Below, piece by piece: positions 19,249-28,871 of a stretch of DNA of 64,000 nt. The DNA lies in the IMG/VR virus record IMGVR_UViG_3300043777_000372, one strand, 5' to 3'. The stretch is from an uncultured virus (IMG/VR IMGVR_UViG_3300043777_000372). Taxonomy: Duplodnaviria > Heunggongvirae > Uroviricota > Caudoviricetes. Positions within the stretch are counted from its first letter, which is position 1. Each line of letters opens with the position of its first letter. The notes under the pieces are model-generated. The model was given only the letters and a program-made list of their open reading frames with translations, ran no database searches and was not told the origin of the DNA. The position numbers and the translations under genes were made by a program.

Positions 19249-19544
19249 GCGAGCGTCCCACCTTGGATTGGCGTCCCACCGACGAGATGATCCTGAAGCT
19301 GCGGATGCGGTGGAAGGACGACGCCGGCGTCGCGGCGAAGGATGTCATGCGCGTACTCGAATGGGTCGACGCGTGCCTTCAGTCCGAGGCGACGTGGAAG
19401 GACATCGCTCGCATGGCGATGCGCGACGAGGAACTCATGCGCACGACGCTCGGCATCGTCCAGGCGCGGTGCACCGAGCTCCTCGAGGAAAACCGGAAGC
19501 TCCTCATCGCCATGCGCGACGAGCTCGTCGAGGGGAAGACGTGA
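19245..19544 (+). CDS. hypothetical coiled-coil protein
   Basis: Coupled ORF. Confidence 0.65.
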   Translation: MSERPTLDWRPTDEMILKLRMRWKDDAGVAAKDVMRVLEWVDACLQSEATWKDIARMAMRDEELMRTTLGIVQARCTELLEENRKLLIAMRDELVEGKT

Positions 19545-20293
19545 GAATCGTCGCTTGCTCTGATGCCCATCTCGACTGGCGAACCGCCGGGGTCGAACGG
19601 TACGGCGAGATCGTCGAGAGCTTCGAGCACGCGGTGGAGTTCGCGATGGGAGCGAACCCCGAGAAGAAAAAGGCGAACGTGTTTGCGTTCACCGGGGACC
19701 TTTGCGATTCGGACGATGGACGCGACGTGCTACGTGCGACGAGCTACGCGGTGAGCGTGGCCGACCGGCTCTGTCAGCACGGCATCGTATCGATCTGGGT
19801 CGCGGGCAACCACGACGTATGCGGCGACGACGCGACGACCACGCTGGACCCGGTCAAAGCGCTCACGTCGAAGGACGTCATCGCCGCGACGAGCGGTCCG
19901 GTGTCCGTCGTGATGGGAACGACGAAAGCGTTCCTGCGCATCCTCGCTCTTCCGTATTCGCCCAAGCCGTACAATCCGAGCGTGGCGCTCACCGAAGCGG
20001 CGCTTCTCGCGCGCGAGCGCGATTACCCCTTGCTCGTCTTTTCGCACCTGATGTTGCCCGGGATGCACCTCGGCTCGGAGAGCGCCGAGCTCGCGAGGGG
20101 CAAGGACCGGATGTTTCCGCTCGACGTGATGCGCGAGGTGAAGCCCAAGCTCGTCATCTCGGGTCATTATCACCGGGCGCAGACGACGGAGGACGGGATC
20201 AAGATTCCGGGCTCACTCGCGCGGCTCACGTTCGACGAGCAGGACCACGCGCCGAGCTTCCTCGTCATCGACAGCGAGACGGACTTCCGATGA
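19541..20293 (+). CDS. SbcD/Mre11-like metallophosphoesterase nuclease
   Basis: SDAH, GDLCD, AGNHD, SH, GHYH, PGSL. Confidence 0.88.
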   Translation: MRIVACSDAHLDWRTAGVERYGEIVESFEHAVEFAMGANPEKKKANVFAFTGDLCDSDDGRDVLRATSYAVSVADRLCQHGIVSIWVAGNHDVCGDDATTTLDPVKALTSKDVIAATSGPVSVVMGTTKAFLRILALPYSPKPYNPSVALTEAALLARERDYPLLVFSHLMLPGMHLGSESAELARGKDRMFPLDVMREVKPKLVISGHYHRAQTTEDGIKIPGSLARLTFDEQDHAPSFLVIDSETDFR

Positions 20294-20682
20294 CGCGCCC
20301 CATGAAAGCCGGCGACCACGTGAAGCGAGTCGACGTCGACGCGGCGGAGCTGGTCACGATCGGGCCCGACCATCCGGCGTGGACCGACCCGATGAAGCTC
20401 GCAGGGGTCGACGGTGCGTTCGTACGGCTCGATCCGCCTGCGAACATCGACGACGAGGACGTGAAGCGGCTTCATGCGATGGTCGTCGAGGAGGGGGCGG
20501 TCGCGGTGAAGGTGCTGCCGACTCGGCGCAACGCCGTGGCGGCCGAGTATGCTGCGCCGAAGCAGGTCGCGCACACGTCCGCGCGCGGGCTCATCGAGGG
20601 AATGGTGGCGGAAGCACGGAGTCACGATCGGGAGGCGTTGGCGGCCGTCGTCGACGACGCGATGAAAGAAGCGGGGCTCTGA
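20290..20682 (+). CDS. hypothetical protein (possibly a separated SbcD C-terminal domain)
   Basis: Between the SbcD-like and SbcC-like genes, coupled to both. Confidence 0.6.
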   Translation: MTRPMKAGDHVKRVDVDAAELVTIGPDHPAWTDPMKLAGVDGAFVRLDPPANIDDEDVKRLHAMVVEEGAVAVKVLPTRRNAVAAEYAAPKQVAHTSARGLIEGMVAEARSHDREALAAVVDDAMKEAGL

Positions 20683-22559
20683 TGCACATCGCGTCGATCC
20701 GTTTCCGGAACTGGCTCTGCTACCGCGGCGACCACGAGGTGAAGCTCGCGCCGATTCCGTACGCGGTGACGGCGACGCGGTTGGGAGACGCAGAGCGTTC
20801 GAATTGGGGCGGCAAGACCGCGTTCATCGAGGCGCCGCGGTTCGCGCTCACGGGCGAGCATCGGCACCGGCTCGAGGAGGGGTGGATCTCGGAGGGGGAA
20901 ACCGAAGGTGAGGTCGACCTCACTTTGGACAACGGGGCCAAGATCCGCCGGTGGCGAAAGCCCGGTGCCGGCACGCAGCTCGAGTACATCACGGCCGACG
21001 GAGTGCTGTTCACCAAGGACGAGGCGCAGCGGCAGATCGACGCGCTCATCGGGTTCGGAGCGGAGGACTTGCCGACGGTGTTTCTGGCACAAGGGGAGAC
21101 GGCCGCCTTCGTGAAGGCCGATCCGGGCGTGCGCACGGCGATGGTCGTCCGGTGGTTGAAGCTGGAGAAGGTCGAACGATGCGCCGAGATCGTTCGGAAG
21201 CGAGCGACGGCGGCCGACAGGGAAGCGGCCGCGGTGCGGGCGCGCATCGATGCGGCAAACGAGCGGTTCCAGTCGTCGCTCGCCGGCGCCGACTCGATTG
21301 GGGTCCTCGAGGAGGAGCTCGCGCAGCAAACGTCGATGCTCGCGGAATGGGACGACCTCGTTCGCAACGCGAACGAAGACGAGGCCAACGCGCGGCTCCT
21401 CGCCGAGCGCGACCGCATCGTGGAGGAGGGTAAGGCGTTGCGCGTGGTGCACGATGCCGAGAACGGCGAGGCGATCGCCGCGACGCTGGCCGATGCCGAT
21501 GCCGAGCTCGATCGGGCGCGGCGCGCGTTGGAGTCGGCACGGGTGAAACGGGCAAACCGGACCAGCGTGGCGTCGGGAACGTTCAACGGACGCTGTCCTG
21601 TCGCGGGAATCGACTGCCCGGTGGCGAGCGAGATCAACAACATCGGTGAAGCGGCGCGGGTTGAAGCCTGCGCCGCGCTTGAGGAGGAGCACGCGGCGCA
21701 TGCGCGCGTGACGAAGGCTCAGCTCGCGTGGAGGGACGCCAACGAGAAAGCGGTCGCGCGTCATGCGCGCGCGGAGCGGTTGCAGACGTTGCGCGAGCGG
21801 GCGGTCAGCATTGCGGCACTGCCGACGTCGAAAGCCGGTGGGCTTGCGCTGGAGGCGATCCGACGCGAGCGCGACGCGGCCGCGGCCGCCGTCGTCAGCC
21901 TGAAGAACCGGTGCGAGTGGGTGGTCGCGGCGCAGAGCGAAGTCGCGGCGCGATTGAAGGAAGAGCGCGTGCACCTTCGGGTCATGGCCGCATGCCGTGA
22001 GGCGACCGTGTTGTTCACCCGTGCCAAGCGGCAGATGGCCGAAGGGGCGATCGCGAACATCGTCGTCCAGGCGAACCGCGCGCTCGCGCAGGCGGGCATA
22101 GAGCTCGGGGTGGATTGCACGTGGGAGCGCGACACGGACAAGGCGGCCGAGGCATGCGACGCGTGCGGTGCGGCGTTTCCCGCGTCTACGCGGGTGAAGA
22201 AGTGCGACGTGTGCGGCGCAGACCGGGGCAAGAAGCGCATCCAGAAGTTTGAGGTCGACCTCACATCGCGTTCGGGTGCTGCGGAAGACCTTGCCGGATT
22301 CGTCCTGTGGCTCGCCGCAGGCGTGTGGCTACGTGGGGACAGGGGAAGCACGTGGGCCGTGTTTCTGGCCGACGAACCGTGGGCTCAGTTAGACCGCGCG
22401 CACCGGCGTGCAGCCAGTGCGTACGTGCCCGCGTTGCTCGCCGCGGCGCGCATCGAGCAGGCGATGATCATCAGCCACGACCCGGTCAGCGTGTCGTCGC
22501 TGCCCGGTCGCATCGAGATTGTGAGCGACGGACGGTGGGCTCGCGTCACCGCGGCATGA
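20682..22559 (+). CDS. SbcC/Rad50-like ATPase
   Basis: RSNWGGKT Walker A, FLAQG Q-loop, coiled coil with CPVAGIDC hook, RSGAAE, FLADEP, ISH. Confidence 0.88.
   Translation: MHIASIRFRNWLCYRGDHEVKLAPIPYAVTATRLGDAERSNWGGKTAFIEAPRFALTGEHRHRLEEGWISEGETEGEVDLTLDNGAKIRRWRKPGAGTQLEYITADGVLFTKDEAQRQIDALIGFGAEDLPTVFLAQGETAAFVKADPGVRTAMVVRWLKLEKVERCAEIVRKRATAADREAAAVRARIDAANERFQSSLAGADSIGVLEEELAQQTSMLAEWDDLVRNANEDEANARLLAERDRIVEEGKALRVVHDAENGEAIAATLADADAELDRARRALESARVKRANRTSVASGTFNGRCPVAGIDCPVASEINNIGEAARVEACAALEEEHAAHARVTKAQLAWRDANEKAVARHARAERLQTLRERAVSIAALPTSKAGGLALEAIRRERDAAAAAVVSLKNRCEWVVAAQSEVAARLKEERVHLRVMAACREATVLFTRAKRQMAEGAIANIVVQANRALAQAGIELGVDCTWERDTDKAAEACDACGAAFPASTRVKKCDVCGADRGKKRIQKFEVDLTSRSGAAEDLAGFVLWLAAGVWLRGDRGSTWAVFLADEPWAQLDRAHRRAASAYVPALLAAARIEQAMIISHDPVSVSSLPGRIEIVSDGRWARVTAA
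20905..20926. promoter_or_regulatory. palindrome copy 5 (1 mismatch, in CDS)
   Basis: AAGGTGAGGTCGACCTCACTTT reads GEVDLTL. Confidence 0.8.
22246..22267. promoter_or_regulatory. palindrome copy 6 (15-bp core, in CDS)
   Basis: TGAGGTCGACCTCAC reads FEVDLT. Confidence 0.65.
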
Positions 22560-22566
22560 TCCGTAG

Positions 22567-23136
22567 ATGAGGCGTCGCGTTCGGGTCCCCCCGCGTATCG
22601 TTGTCGGGCTGGACCTCAGCCTCGCCGGCGCCGGCGTCGCCGTGCTGCCGTCGGACTGGAAGCCGGGCTTCTGGAACCAAGTCGCGTGGGAGTGGCTCGG
22701 CGAGGAGGGAAAGCTCCACGGGCCCGAGCGGGTGGAGGCGATCGTCAAGAAGGTCGTCGACATCGTCGTGCGATCGCATGTGCTTGTCGGCGAGGAGAAC
22801 CCTCAGCACCCGCCGTGGGTCGGGGTGGAGGAGCACGCCTTCAGCAAGTTCGCGCAGAAGCACGCGTTCGCCCGCGCCGAGCTCGTGGGGGCGGTGAAGT
22901 ACGCGTTGCACGCGAAGGGGGTGTTCGTGGCGCCGATCGTCGCGACGCACGCGCGCAAGGTGTTTCTCGGTCCGTTGCCGCGCATGGCGCGAAAAGAGAT
23001 CAAGGAGCACCTGGCGTACGTGTTGGGGCAGATGGATGCGCCGGCGGAGCAGTGGGGCGAAGACGTGATCGACGCGTTCGTCATCGCGAACTGTTTGCGA
23101 GGGGAACGTGGAATGACATGCTTGGCGTGCGCATGA
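22567..23136 (+). CDS. RuvC-like Holliday junction resolvase
   Basis: VVGLDLSLAGAGVAV, VEEH, AELVGAVK, DVIDAFVIA. Confidence 0.8.
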   Translation: MRRRVRVPPRIVVGLDLSLAGAGVAVLPSDWKPGFWNQVAWEWLGEEGKLHGPERVEAIVKKVVDIVVRSHVLVGEENPQHPPWVGVEEHAFSKFAQKHAFARAELVGAVKYALHAKGVFVAPIVATHARKVFLGPLPRMARKEIKEHLAYVLGQMDAPAEQWGEDVIDAFVIANCLRGERGMTCLACA

Positions 23137-23336
23137 ACATCATCTCGCAGGCGAAGTGGGACGTGATGATGTGGCTTCTCACGATCGGCGAGACGCAACG
23201 GGAGATTGCGAGGGTGGTCGGGGTGAATCGGGAGACCGTGATGATCGCGGCAAGGGAAAGCGGCGAGCGCAGGAGCCGATCGGATGGGATGCGCCGGTAT
23301 CACGCGCGGCGCCGGCATCGGGCGGAGGTTGGATGA
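23133..23336 (+). CDS. small HTH protein
   Basis: TQREIARVVGVNRETVMIAARE. Confidence 0.7.
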   Translation: MNIISQAKWDVMMWLLTIGETQREIARVVGVNRETVMIAARESGERRSRSDGMRRYHARRRHRAEVG

Positions 23337-23371
23337 CGTGCATCGCGACGGTGTGAGGTAGTCTCTCGGTC

Positions 23372-24073
23372 GTGGAGGAAGCACATGCAGTCGCCCGAGT
23401 GGCGGGCGCCGAGCTACCCGCTCGGCAGGGCGTTCGACCCGACCCGACTGCTCCGTTTTTCATGGCTCCGTGTCCGCGTTCGCACGCGTGCGCTGCGGTG
23501 AAGTACTGGCACTATTCGCGACGGATGCCGTCGGGGAAGCTGTGGACCTACGGGCTGTGGGAGCACGGACGGTTCAAGGGAGCCGTCATGTTCGGCGCGG
23601 GAGCGACCCCGAACATCGGGAGCCCGTACGGGCTGAAGTACGACGAGGTCCTCGAGCTCGTGCGCGTTGCGCTTGGCGGGGACCACGCGACGCCGACGAG
23701 CAAGGTCGTGATGATGGCCGTGCGGTTCCTGCGGAGGCAGATGCCGAAGATGCGTCTCCTCGTGTCGTACGCCGATCCGCGCCAGGGGCACGCGGGCGTG
23801 CTGTACCAGGCGTGCGGGTGGACGTTCGTGGGCGAGATGGAAGTCACGCGGTATATCTTCTGCGAGGGGAAGATCCAGCATCCACGATCGCTGGGCGCGC
23901 GGTTCGGCAAGAACGGGCAAAGCCTTCCGAGCCTGCGCGCGCACGTGGATCCGCACGCGCGGTCGGTCGTGATGCCGCGGAAGTTGAAGTACTTGTGTCC
24001 GCTCGAGCCGGCGATGAGCGCGATGGTCGCGAAGCTGAAGCAACCGTATCCGAAGGCGGAGGAGAAAAAGTGA
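23372..24073 (+). CDS. mom: Mom-like (GNAT-fold) DNA base-modification protein; start uncertain (23372 or 23462)
   Basis: WHYS, GAVMFG, ELVRV, VSYADPRQGHAGVLYQACGWTFVG. Confidence 0.85.
   Translation: MEEAHAVARVAGAELPARQGVRPDPTAPFFMAPCPRSHACAAVKYWHYSRRMPSGKLWTYGLWEHGRFKGAVMFGAGATPNIGSPYGLKYDEVLELVRVALGGDHATPTSKVVMMAVRFLRRQMPKMRLLVSYADPRQGHAGVLYQACGWTFVGEMEVTRYIFCEGKIQHPRSLGARFGKNGQSLPSLRAHVDPHARSVVMPRKLKYLCPLEPAMSAMVAKLKQPYPKAEEKK
23387..23454 (+). ncRNA. tRNA-like cloverleaf at the 5' end of mom (not a canonical tRNA)
   Basis: GCAGTCG/CGACTGC stem, CCCG/CGGG arm, GCCGAGC/GCTCGGC arm, TTCGACC T-loop, ends TCC. Confidence 0.55.
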
Positions 24074-24780
24074 AACCGAAGACCGGCATCGCGGTGCCGC
24101 AGCAGGTGCGTCTCGCGCTCAAGGACGTGAACCTTGCGCCGTACAACCCTCGAACGATCTCCGCGGAGAAGATGACCGCGCTGAAGGCATCTCTCGTGAA
24201 GCACGGGTTCGTGCTCAACCTGGTCGTCCAGAAAAAGGGGATGGTCCTCATCGGTGGTCACCAGCGAGTGCGCGCGATGCGCGAGCTTTGCAAGGAGCAC
24301 GCGTGGACCGAACCGACCGAGCTGCCAGCGACCGTGCTCGACGTCGACGACGCCACCGCCAAGCAGTTGAACATCGCGTTGAACAACGTCGAGGGGGAGT
24401 TCGACCCGTACAAGCTCGGCGAGCTGTTCGTGGAGCTTCGTCCGGTGATGACGGGCGAGGACGTCGTCGCCACCGGATTCGAGGAGGAGAACATCGCCGA
24501 ACTGATGTCGCTGCTCCAGGCGCCCGACGAAGCCGCGGCCGCCGCGGATGCCGAGGCGGGGGAGATTGGCGGGTTCGGCAATTCGGTGACCCTGTCGATC
24601 GAGTTCGCGAACGTCGAGGAGCGCGACGCGGCGAAGGTGTTGCTCAAGGCGGCGAGCGCGAGCACGGGCAAGTCGCCGGCGACGATTCTGATGCAGGCGT
24701 TGCGGGCGGCGAAGGCGTCGGGTCGCCACGCGAGCAACGGCAAGGTCGTCCCATTGAAAAAGCGATCGGCGCGCGCGTGA
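24070..24780 (+). CDS. ParB/Srx N-terminal domain protein
   Basis: APYNPRTI, SLVKHGF, LIGGHQRVRA, LNIALN. Confidence 0.85.
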   Translation: MKPKTGIAVPQQVRLALKDVNLAPYNPRTISAEKMTALKASLVKHGFVLNLVVQKKGMVLIGGHQRVRAMRELCKEHAWTEPTELPATVLDVDDATAKQLNIALNNVEGEFDPYKLGELFVELRPVMTGEDVVATGFEEENIAELMSLLQAPDEAAAAADAEAGEIGGFGNSVTLSIEFANVEERDAAKVLLKAASASTGKSPATILMQALRAAKASGRHASNGKVVPLKKRSARA

Positions 24781-25202
24781 CTCCGCTGATGAAGTTCCTA
24801 CGCAATACGAGCGAGAAGATGCTCGGTACATTCGCGGAGGGACCCGAAGCACCGCCGCGCATTCGCGAGCTCGTCGAGGTGTTCGCGAAAGCCAACCCGC
24901 GCGCGACCGTCGGTGAGTGGGTCGAGTTTGCCGTCAAGCACGCGGAGGGTGCGTACCAGCAAGGCTACGTGCGTGGGTTCGAACGAACCGAACGGCTCGG
25001 GCCCGACTGGGAGGACCCCGACGAAGCGGCGAAGGTCATGGAGCAGATCGAGGACATCGCCGCCGGCAACGACCAGGGATTCGACGCGTCGGCGGTCGTG
25101 CCCATCGACGGGGTTCCGAAAGAACACGCGGCACGGGCGGCGCTGGCGATGAACGATCTGGTCGTCGAACAGGGGTTTCGAAGGGGCCCGCCCAGGCGGT
25201 AA
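24777..25202 (+). CDS. hypothetical protein
   Basis: GTGA-coupled ORF. Confidence 0.65.
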   Translation: MTPLMKFLRNTSEKMLGTFAEGPEAPPRIRELVEVFAKANPRATVGEWVEFAVKHAEGAYQQGYVRGFERTERLGPDWEDPDEAAKVMEQIEDIAAGNDQGFDASAVVPIDGVPKEHAARAALAMNDLVVEQGFRRGPPRR

Positions 25203-25217
25203 AACCACGGGCTTATT

Positions 25218-25276
25218 GAGAATCGACGGGGGTAGGTAAAAAGGGGTTGCGCGTGGACCCATTAGGGCCCATATTC
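25218..25276 (+). promoter_or_regulatory. sigma70-like early promoter (second copy)
   Basis: GAGAATCGAC, A-tract, TTGCGC (25247), 17-nt spacer, CATATT, then ATG 6 nt later. Confidence 0.65.
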
Positions 25277-25281
25277 GACCC

Positions 25282-25389
25282 ATGACAACGACGACGCAAA
25301 CGACGGCGATGTCCTACAACGGGCGCGTGTGGGAAGGCGTCGACGACGGCAAGGCCCACCGCGAGATCGTCATCGGGGGCGCGTCGTGA
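25282..25389 (+). CDS. small leaderless hypothetical protein (35 aa)
   Basis: MTTTTQTTAMSYNGRVWEG...; GTGA-coupled to the next gene. Confidence 0.5.
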   Translation: MTTTTQTTAMSYNGRVWEGVDDGKAHREIVIGGAS

Positions 25390-25586
25390 AGCTCATTGTC
25401 GACGGGTGCTTCATCGGGTTCGCCGACTTCCCGCCGGCGGATGCGCGGGTGGGTAATCACGTCATCATCGATCGGAACACGTGTCTCGGTGCGTACCGTT
25501 GGCGGGGAACGGGTGAAGTCGTGTCGGTCGACGAGCGCGAGATGCGCGTCAACCTCATCGGTGAATGGGAGGAGGTCGGGTCATGA
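25386..25586 (+). CDS. hypothetical protein
   Basis: Coupled ORF. Confidence 0.55.
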   Translation: MKLIVDGCFIGFADFPPADARVGNHVIIDRNTCLGAYRWRGTGEVVSVDEREMRVNLIGEWEEVGS

Positions 25587-25933
25587 GCGAGCACGAGAAG
25601 CAGGTGGCTGGAACGATCTTGAATCAGCTCGGGGGCAATCGCTTCATCGTCATGACCGGTGCGAAGCACCTCATCTACCACATGCACGAGGGCAACCCGT
25701 GCCTGTCGTTCCAGCTCCCGAAGCGGTTCGCGAAGGACGGTATCGATGCGGTGCGCATCGCGCTTCTTCCGTCGGACACCTATGGGGTCGTGTTCATGAA
25801 GATGGCCCGCAACGGGTCGTCGCTTACCACCGTCCGCGAATTCGACGACGTGTACTGCGATCAGCTCCGCGAGATCTTCACCCGAACCACCGGGCTCGAG
25901 ACGAGCCTCGGCACCCTGCGAGGCGTGCGATGA
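25583..25933 (+). CDS. conserved-looking phage early protein
   Basis: TILNQLGGNRFIVMTGAK...DVYCDQLREIFTRTTGL; GGAGG RBS. Confidence 0.8.
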   Translation: MSEHEKQVAGTILNQLGGNRFIVMTGAKHLIYHMHEGNPCLSFQLPKRFAKDGIDAVRIALLPSDTYGVVFMKMARNGSSLTTVREFDDVYCDQLREIFTRTTGLETSLGTLRGVR

Positions 25934-26489
25934 ATATCGGCGAGACCATCGAGCGCGACACCGTCCGCATTCATCGGTTCGACGGGTCCTTCCGCATCAC
26001 GGACCTGACGAACGCCGGCAAGCGCGGAAAGAAGTGCCACGTCCGCGCGGTGCTTTACGGGTACGGCCCGAATCGACTGTCGGATCTCGCGTGGGAGGAA
26101 TTCGCGACGGCGTTGGACGCCGTGGATAGCTACGAGGCGTCCGCGTACGTCTGCGGGGTCGTCGCCGACGCCCACCCCGGCGGCATTCACATCGAGGAAC
26201 ACAACTTGCGTGGAGTCGACGTGGAGCCCGCGGGGTTCCGAGAGCTCGTCATTGAAAGCCCGTGCTTCCGCCTTGAGGTCGGGTGGAAGTCGTTCACGTT
26301 GCGCGACGCGCGCGACCGGATCAACGACCCACGGTCATCCCCCGCGGCAAGGGCGTTCGGAAGATCCCCGCGTTCCGCGCGTGGCTCGAGAAGCACTCCG
26401 CGACGGTGGGGTTTATGACGTTCGGCAACGTCCACGAGGCAATCGAAAACTTCGGCATCGAGTGCCACTACTTTTGCGCGGTCGACTGA
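25930..26489 (+). pseudogene. hypothetical gene with a frameshift near 26330
   Basis: MNIGETIERD...RDRIND continues in another frame as PTVIPRGKGVRKIPAF...CAVD*. Confidence 0.55.
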
Positions 26490-26499
26490 GGAATCCTCC

Positions 26500-26916
26500 A
26501 TGAGCAAGATCCGTCCGTGCGGCGCGTGCGGCCGCAAGTGCATCGACGTCCGATTCGCCCTCGTGCCCGGGCAGCTCGGCAAGCTCTCCCGGAAGAAGGT
26601 CTGCCGGAAGTGCTGGAGCCATGCCGAGCGCATCGTGACGACGGCGACGAATGCCGAATGCCGGTTCCCGTCGTGCACCGACGCCGCGGCGATCTGCAAT
26701 CATCACCACGCGGCCGAGGTCATCCGGGTCCGCAAACACGCCTTGTCCCACGCGCGTGACGAGCTCGCCGGGAAGCTGGCGGCGTACGCGATGACCGTAC
26801 CTCTGGAGGGCAGCGAGGACCGCCGGGAGGGCATCGTCCAGGGGCTCCAGATGTCCTTGGATGTGATCGATCGGCCGGGACCGGTGACATCACGAATCGA
26901 GGAGGCGACGTCATGA
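26500..26916 (+). CDS. Cys-rich hypothetical protein
   Basis: GAGGA RBS; CGAC, CRKC. Confidence 0.7.
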   Translation: MSKIRPCGACGRKCIDVRFALVPGQLGKLSRKKVCRKCWSHAERIVTTATNAECRFPSCTDAAAICNHHHAAEVIRVRKHALSHARDELAGKLAAYAMTVPLEGSEDRREGIVQGLQMSLDVIDRPGPVTSRIEEATS

Positions 26917-27294
26917 CGTACGTGGAATCGGGGATCGAAGAGCTGCACCGCGGAGGAATGCATCCGCCTCATCCGAGCGTGCTGGAAGTCCAAGTGGGAC
27001 ATCCTTCCGGACTCGTTGACCCCCGAGGAGCGCCAGGAAGCGGCCGCGAACGGGGAGCTGTCGCGGTTACGCCGAGTCACGCCTCGATGCGCTGTTCGGG
27101 GACGGCATCCGGGAGACGCGCCCGCACACGTGCGTGAAGTGCCATGCGCCCACGGGGCCCGAGTACTTCGCGCCGTCGTGGGGCGACGTCGGCGGGCACG
27201 TGTGCTTCTGCGAATCGTGCTGTACCGAGCTCGAGGCGACCGGGTCTAAGGTCGAGGCGGAGGCCATGATGTCGGCCGCGGCATCATCCCCCGC

Positions 27295-27693
27295 ATGAAG
27301 ATCGACGACGTGGAGGTAGGGCAGATCGTGTGCGACGTACGGCGAAACGTCGCCGGCATGATCAAGGCGATCCACGAGCCCGGGACATACATCTCGCCGG
27401 TGAACCGGAAGCCCGTGCTCGCCCGGGTCGTCGAATTTGATACGGGCGAAACGTTCGTCGCCGATGCCGCCGCGATCGAGCACTTCGAGCTCATCGAGGG
27501 ACCCGCCGAGCAGTTCTACCGGGACGTCCAAACGGCCGTGACGACCATGACGAAGGCGATCTGCGGCGGCGCTGCGAAGCTGAAGATCCCGCCGAAGACG
27601 GCGTTCCTCATCCTCGGCCGGGCGTTCCAGGTGCAAGGGGGGATCCTCATCAGGCCCGAGGAGGGGGAGCCCGACGGATGGGACGCGCCATGA
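27295..27693 (+). CDS. hypothetical protein
   Basis: Leaderless start 7 nt after GCGGCATCAT. Confidence 0.7.
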   Translation: MKIDDVEVGQIVCDVRRNVAGMIKAIHEPGTYISPVNRKPVLARVVEFDTGETFVADAAAIEHFELIEGPAEQFYRDVQTAVTTMTKAICGGAAKLKIPPKTAFLILGRAFQVQGGILIRPEEGEPDGWDAP

Positions 27694-27989
27694 GCGACCT
27701 GGAGCTCGCGAAGGCCGTTACGAACGCGCTCGCCGCGCACGCCCAGGCGCACGCCATGGCCAGCGAGGCACACGCGCGCATCCTCCTTGCCGCCAACGAG
27801 CGCGAAGCGCAGCTCGCCCGGGCGCTCGCGCAGAGCGAGTCGAAGTGCGCCGAGCTTGCGAAGGAGCTTGGCATCGAGAAGGACGCCCACGCCCGGTGCA
27901 AGGACGACCTCGTGGCGACGCGGGAGGCGCGCGATGCGCTCCTCGAGCATGTCGAGAAGTTCACGCCGCGGCGAGAACAATCGGTATAG
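27690..27989 (+). CDS. coiled-coil hypothetical protein
   Basis: ATGA-coupled ORF. Confidence 0.65.
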   Translation: MSDLELAKAVTNALAAHAQAHAMASEAHARILLAANEREAQLARALAQSESKCAELAKELGIEKDAHARCKDDLVATREARDALLEHVEKFTPRREQSV

Positions 27990-27998
27990 CGTGCCCCC

Positions 27999-28211
27999 AT
28001 GGCGACGCCGCACCCGGTGAAATGGGTCCCGCATTGGGCCGCGAAGAAGATCGAAGCCAGCCACACCCCGTGGACGAACGGCGACCTGCAGCGCATCCAC
28101 GCGAGGTGCATGGACTGCGGTGACGAGTTGAACCGCACGTGCGATTCGGGCAACGCCCGACACTGGATCACCACCTTTGCCGTGACCCATCGGCGACTGC
28201 ATCCGTACTGA
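27999..28211 (+). CDS. small hypothetical protein
   Basis: CMDC; TAGCGT 7 nt before the ATG. Confidence 0.55.
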   Translation: MATPHPVKWVPHWAAKKIEASHTPWTNGDLQRIHARCMDCGDELNRTCDSGNARHWITTFAVTHRRLHPY

Positions 28212-28253
28212 AGACCCTTTACAGCGCGTCCTTGTCTGCTACGGATTGAGATC

Positions 28254-28778
28254 GTGAGGGTCGCTGTGGAGGAGGCGGTCGGCTTGCTCGCTCTCGTGGG
28301 AGCGTTCATCGCGGATCGTTGCGTGTGGACCCGGCACGCGCGCGCGGCGCAGGGGTACCGGCATCGCCGGGAGAAGGTTTACCCCAACGGCTTCGTGAGG
28401 GAGGAGCGGTGGGACCTGGACACGATGGCCCCCACCGACCCGCGCGCGTGCCGGTGGTCCGTCCTGGGCGCCCTCGAGCTCGCCGCGGAGGACCCGGACG
28501 GACTCGACGTCGTGTTCGCCCTGGAACTCCTTCGTAGGGCAGGCCGGGGGTGGGCAATCAGCCGTGTCGAGGAGGAGGAGGGTCACACGGGGGCGGTATG
28601 GGTGCTCGCCGTGGCGGTCGCCAAGCGACCCGGCGTACGACTCGCCCCCCGCCTCCCGAAAAGTGAGGTCGACCTCACTTTGGTCCAACGTGCCGAGAAA
28701 GACGCCGACGCGTCGGCGCCCGCCACGATGAGGAGCTCGGAGTTGCGGTTGCGATCCCGTCGCCGGCGAGCGGCATAG
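28254..28778 (+). CDS. hypothetical phage protein
   Basis: WTRHARA...ACRWSVLGAL. Confidence 0.55.
   Translation: MRVAVEEAVGLLALVGAFIADRCVWTRHARAAQGYRHRREKVYPNGFVREERWDLDTMAPTDPRACRWSVLGALELAAEDPDGLDVVFALELLRRAGRGWAISRVEEEEGHTGAVWVLAVAVAKRPGVRLAPRLPKSEVDLTLVQRAEKDADASAPATMRSSELRLRSRRRRAA
28660..28681. promoter_or_regulatory. palindrome copy 7 (perfect, in CDS)
   Basis: Exact 22-mer. Confidence 0.9.
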
Positions 28779-28871
28779 GTACTCGCATGACCGAAGTGGT
28801 GGCAGGCGTCATCGCGCGCACCGCTCCGGCGAATGCGCGTGCGATCGATGTCGTTCGTCGTGTGGTGTTCG

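Noticed and set aside
23387..23454. Functional tRNA gene
   Set aside because: Lacks the U8/A9 linker, a 7-nt anticodon loop and a regular 5-bp T stem; kept only as a tRNA-like element
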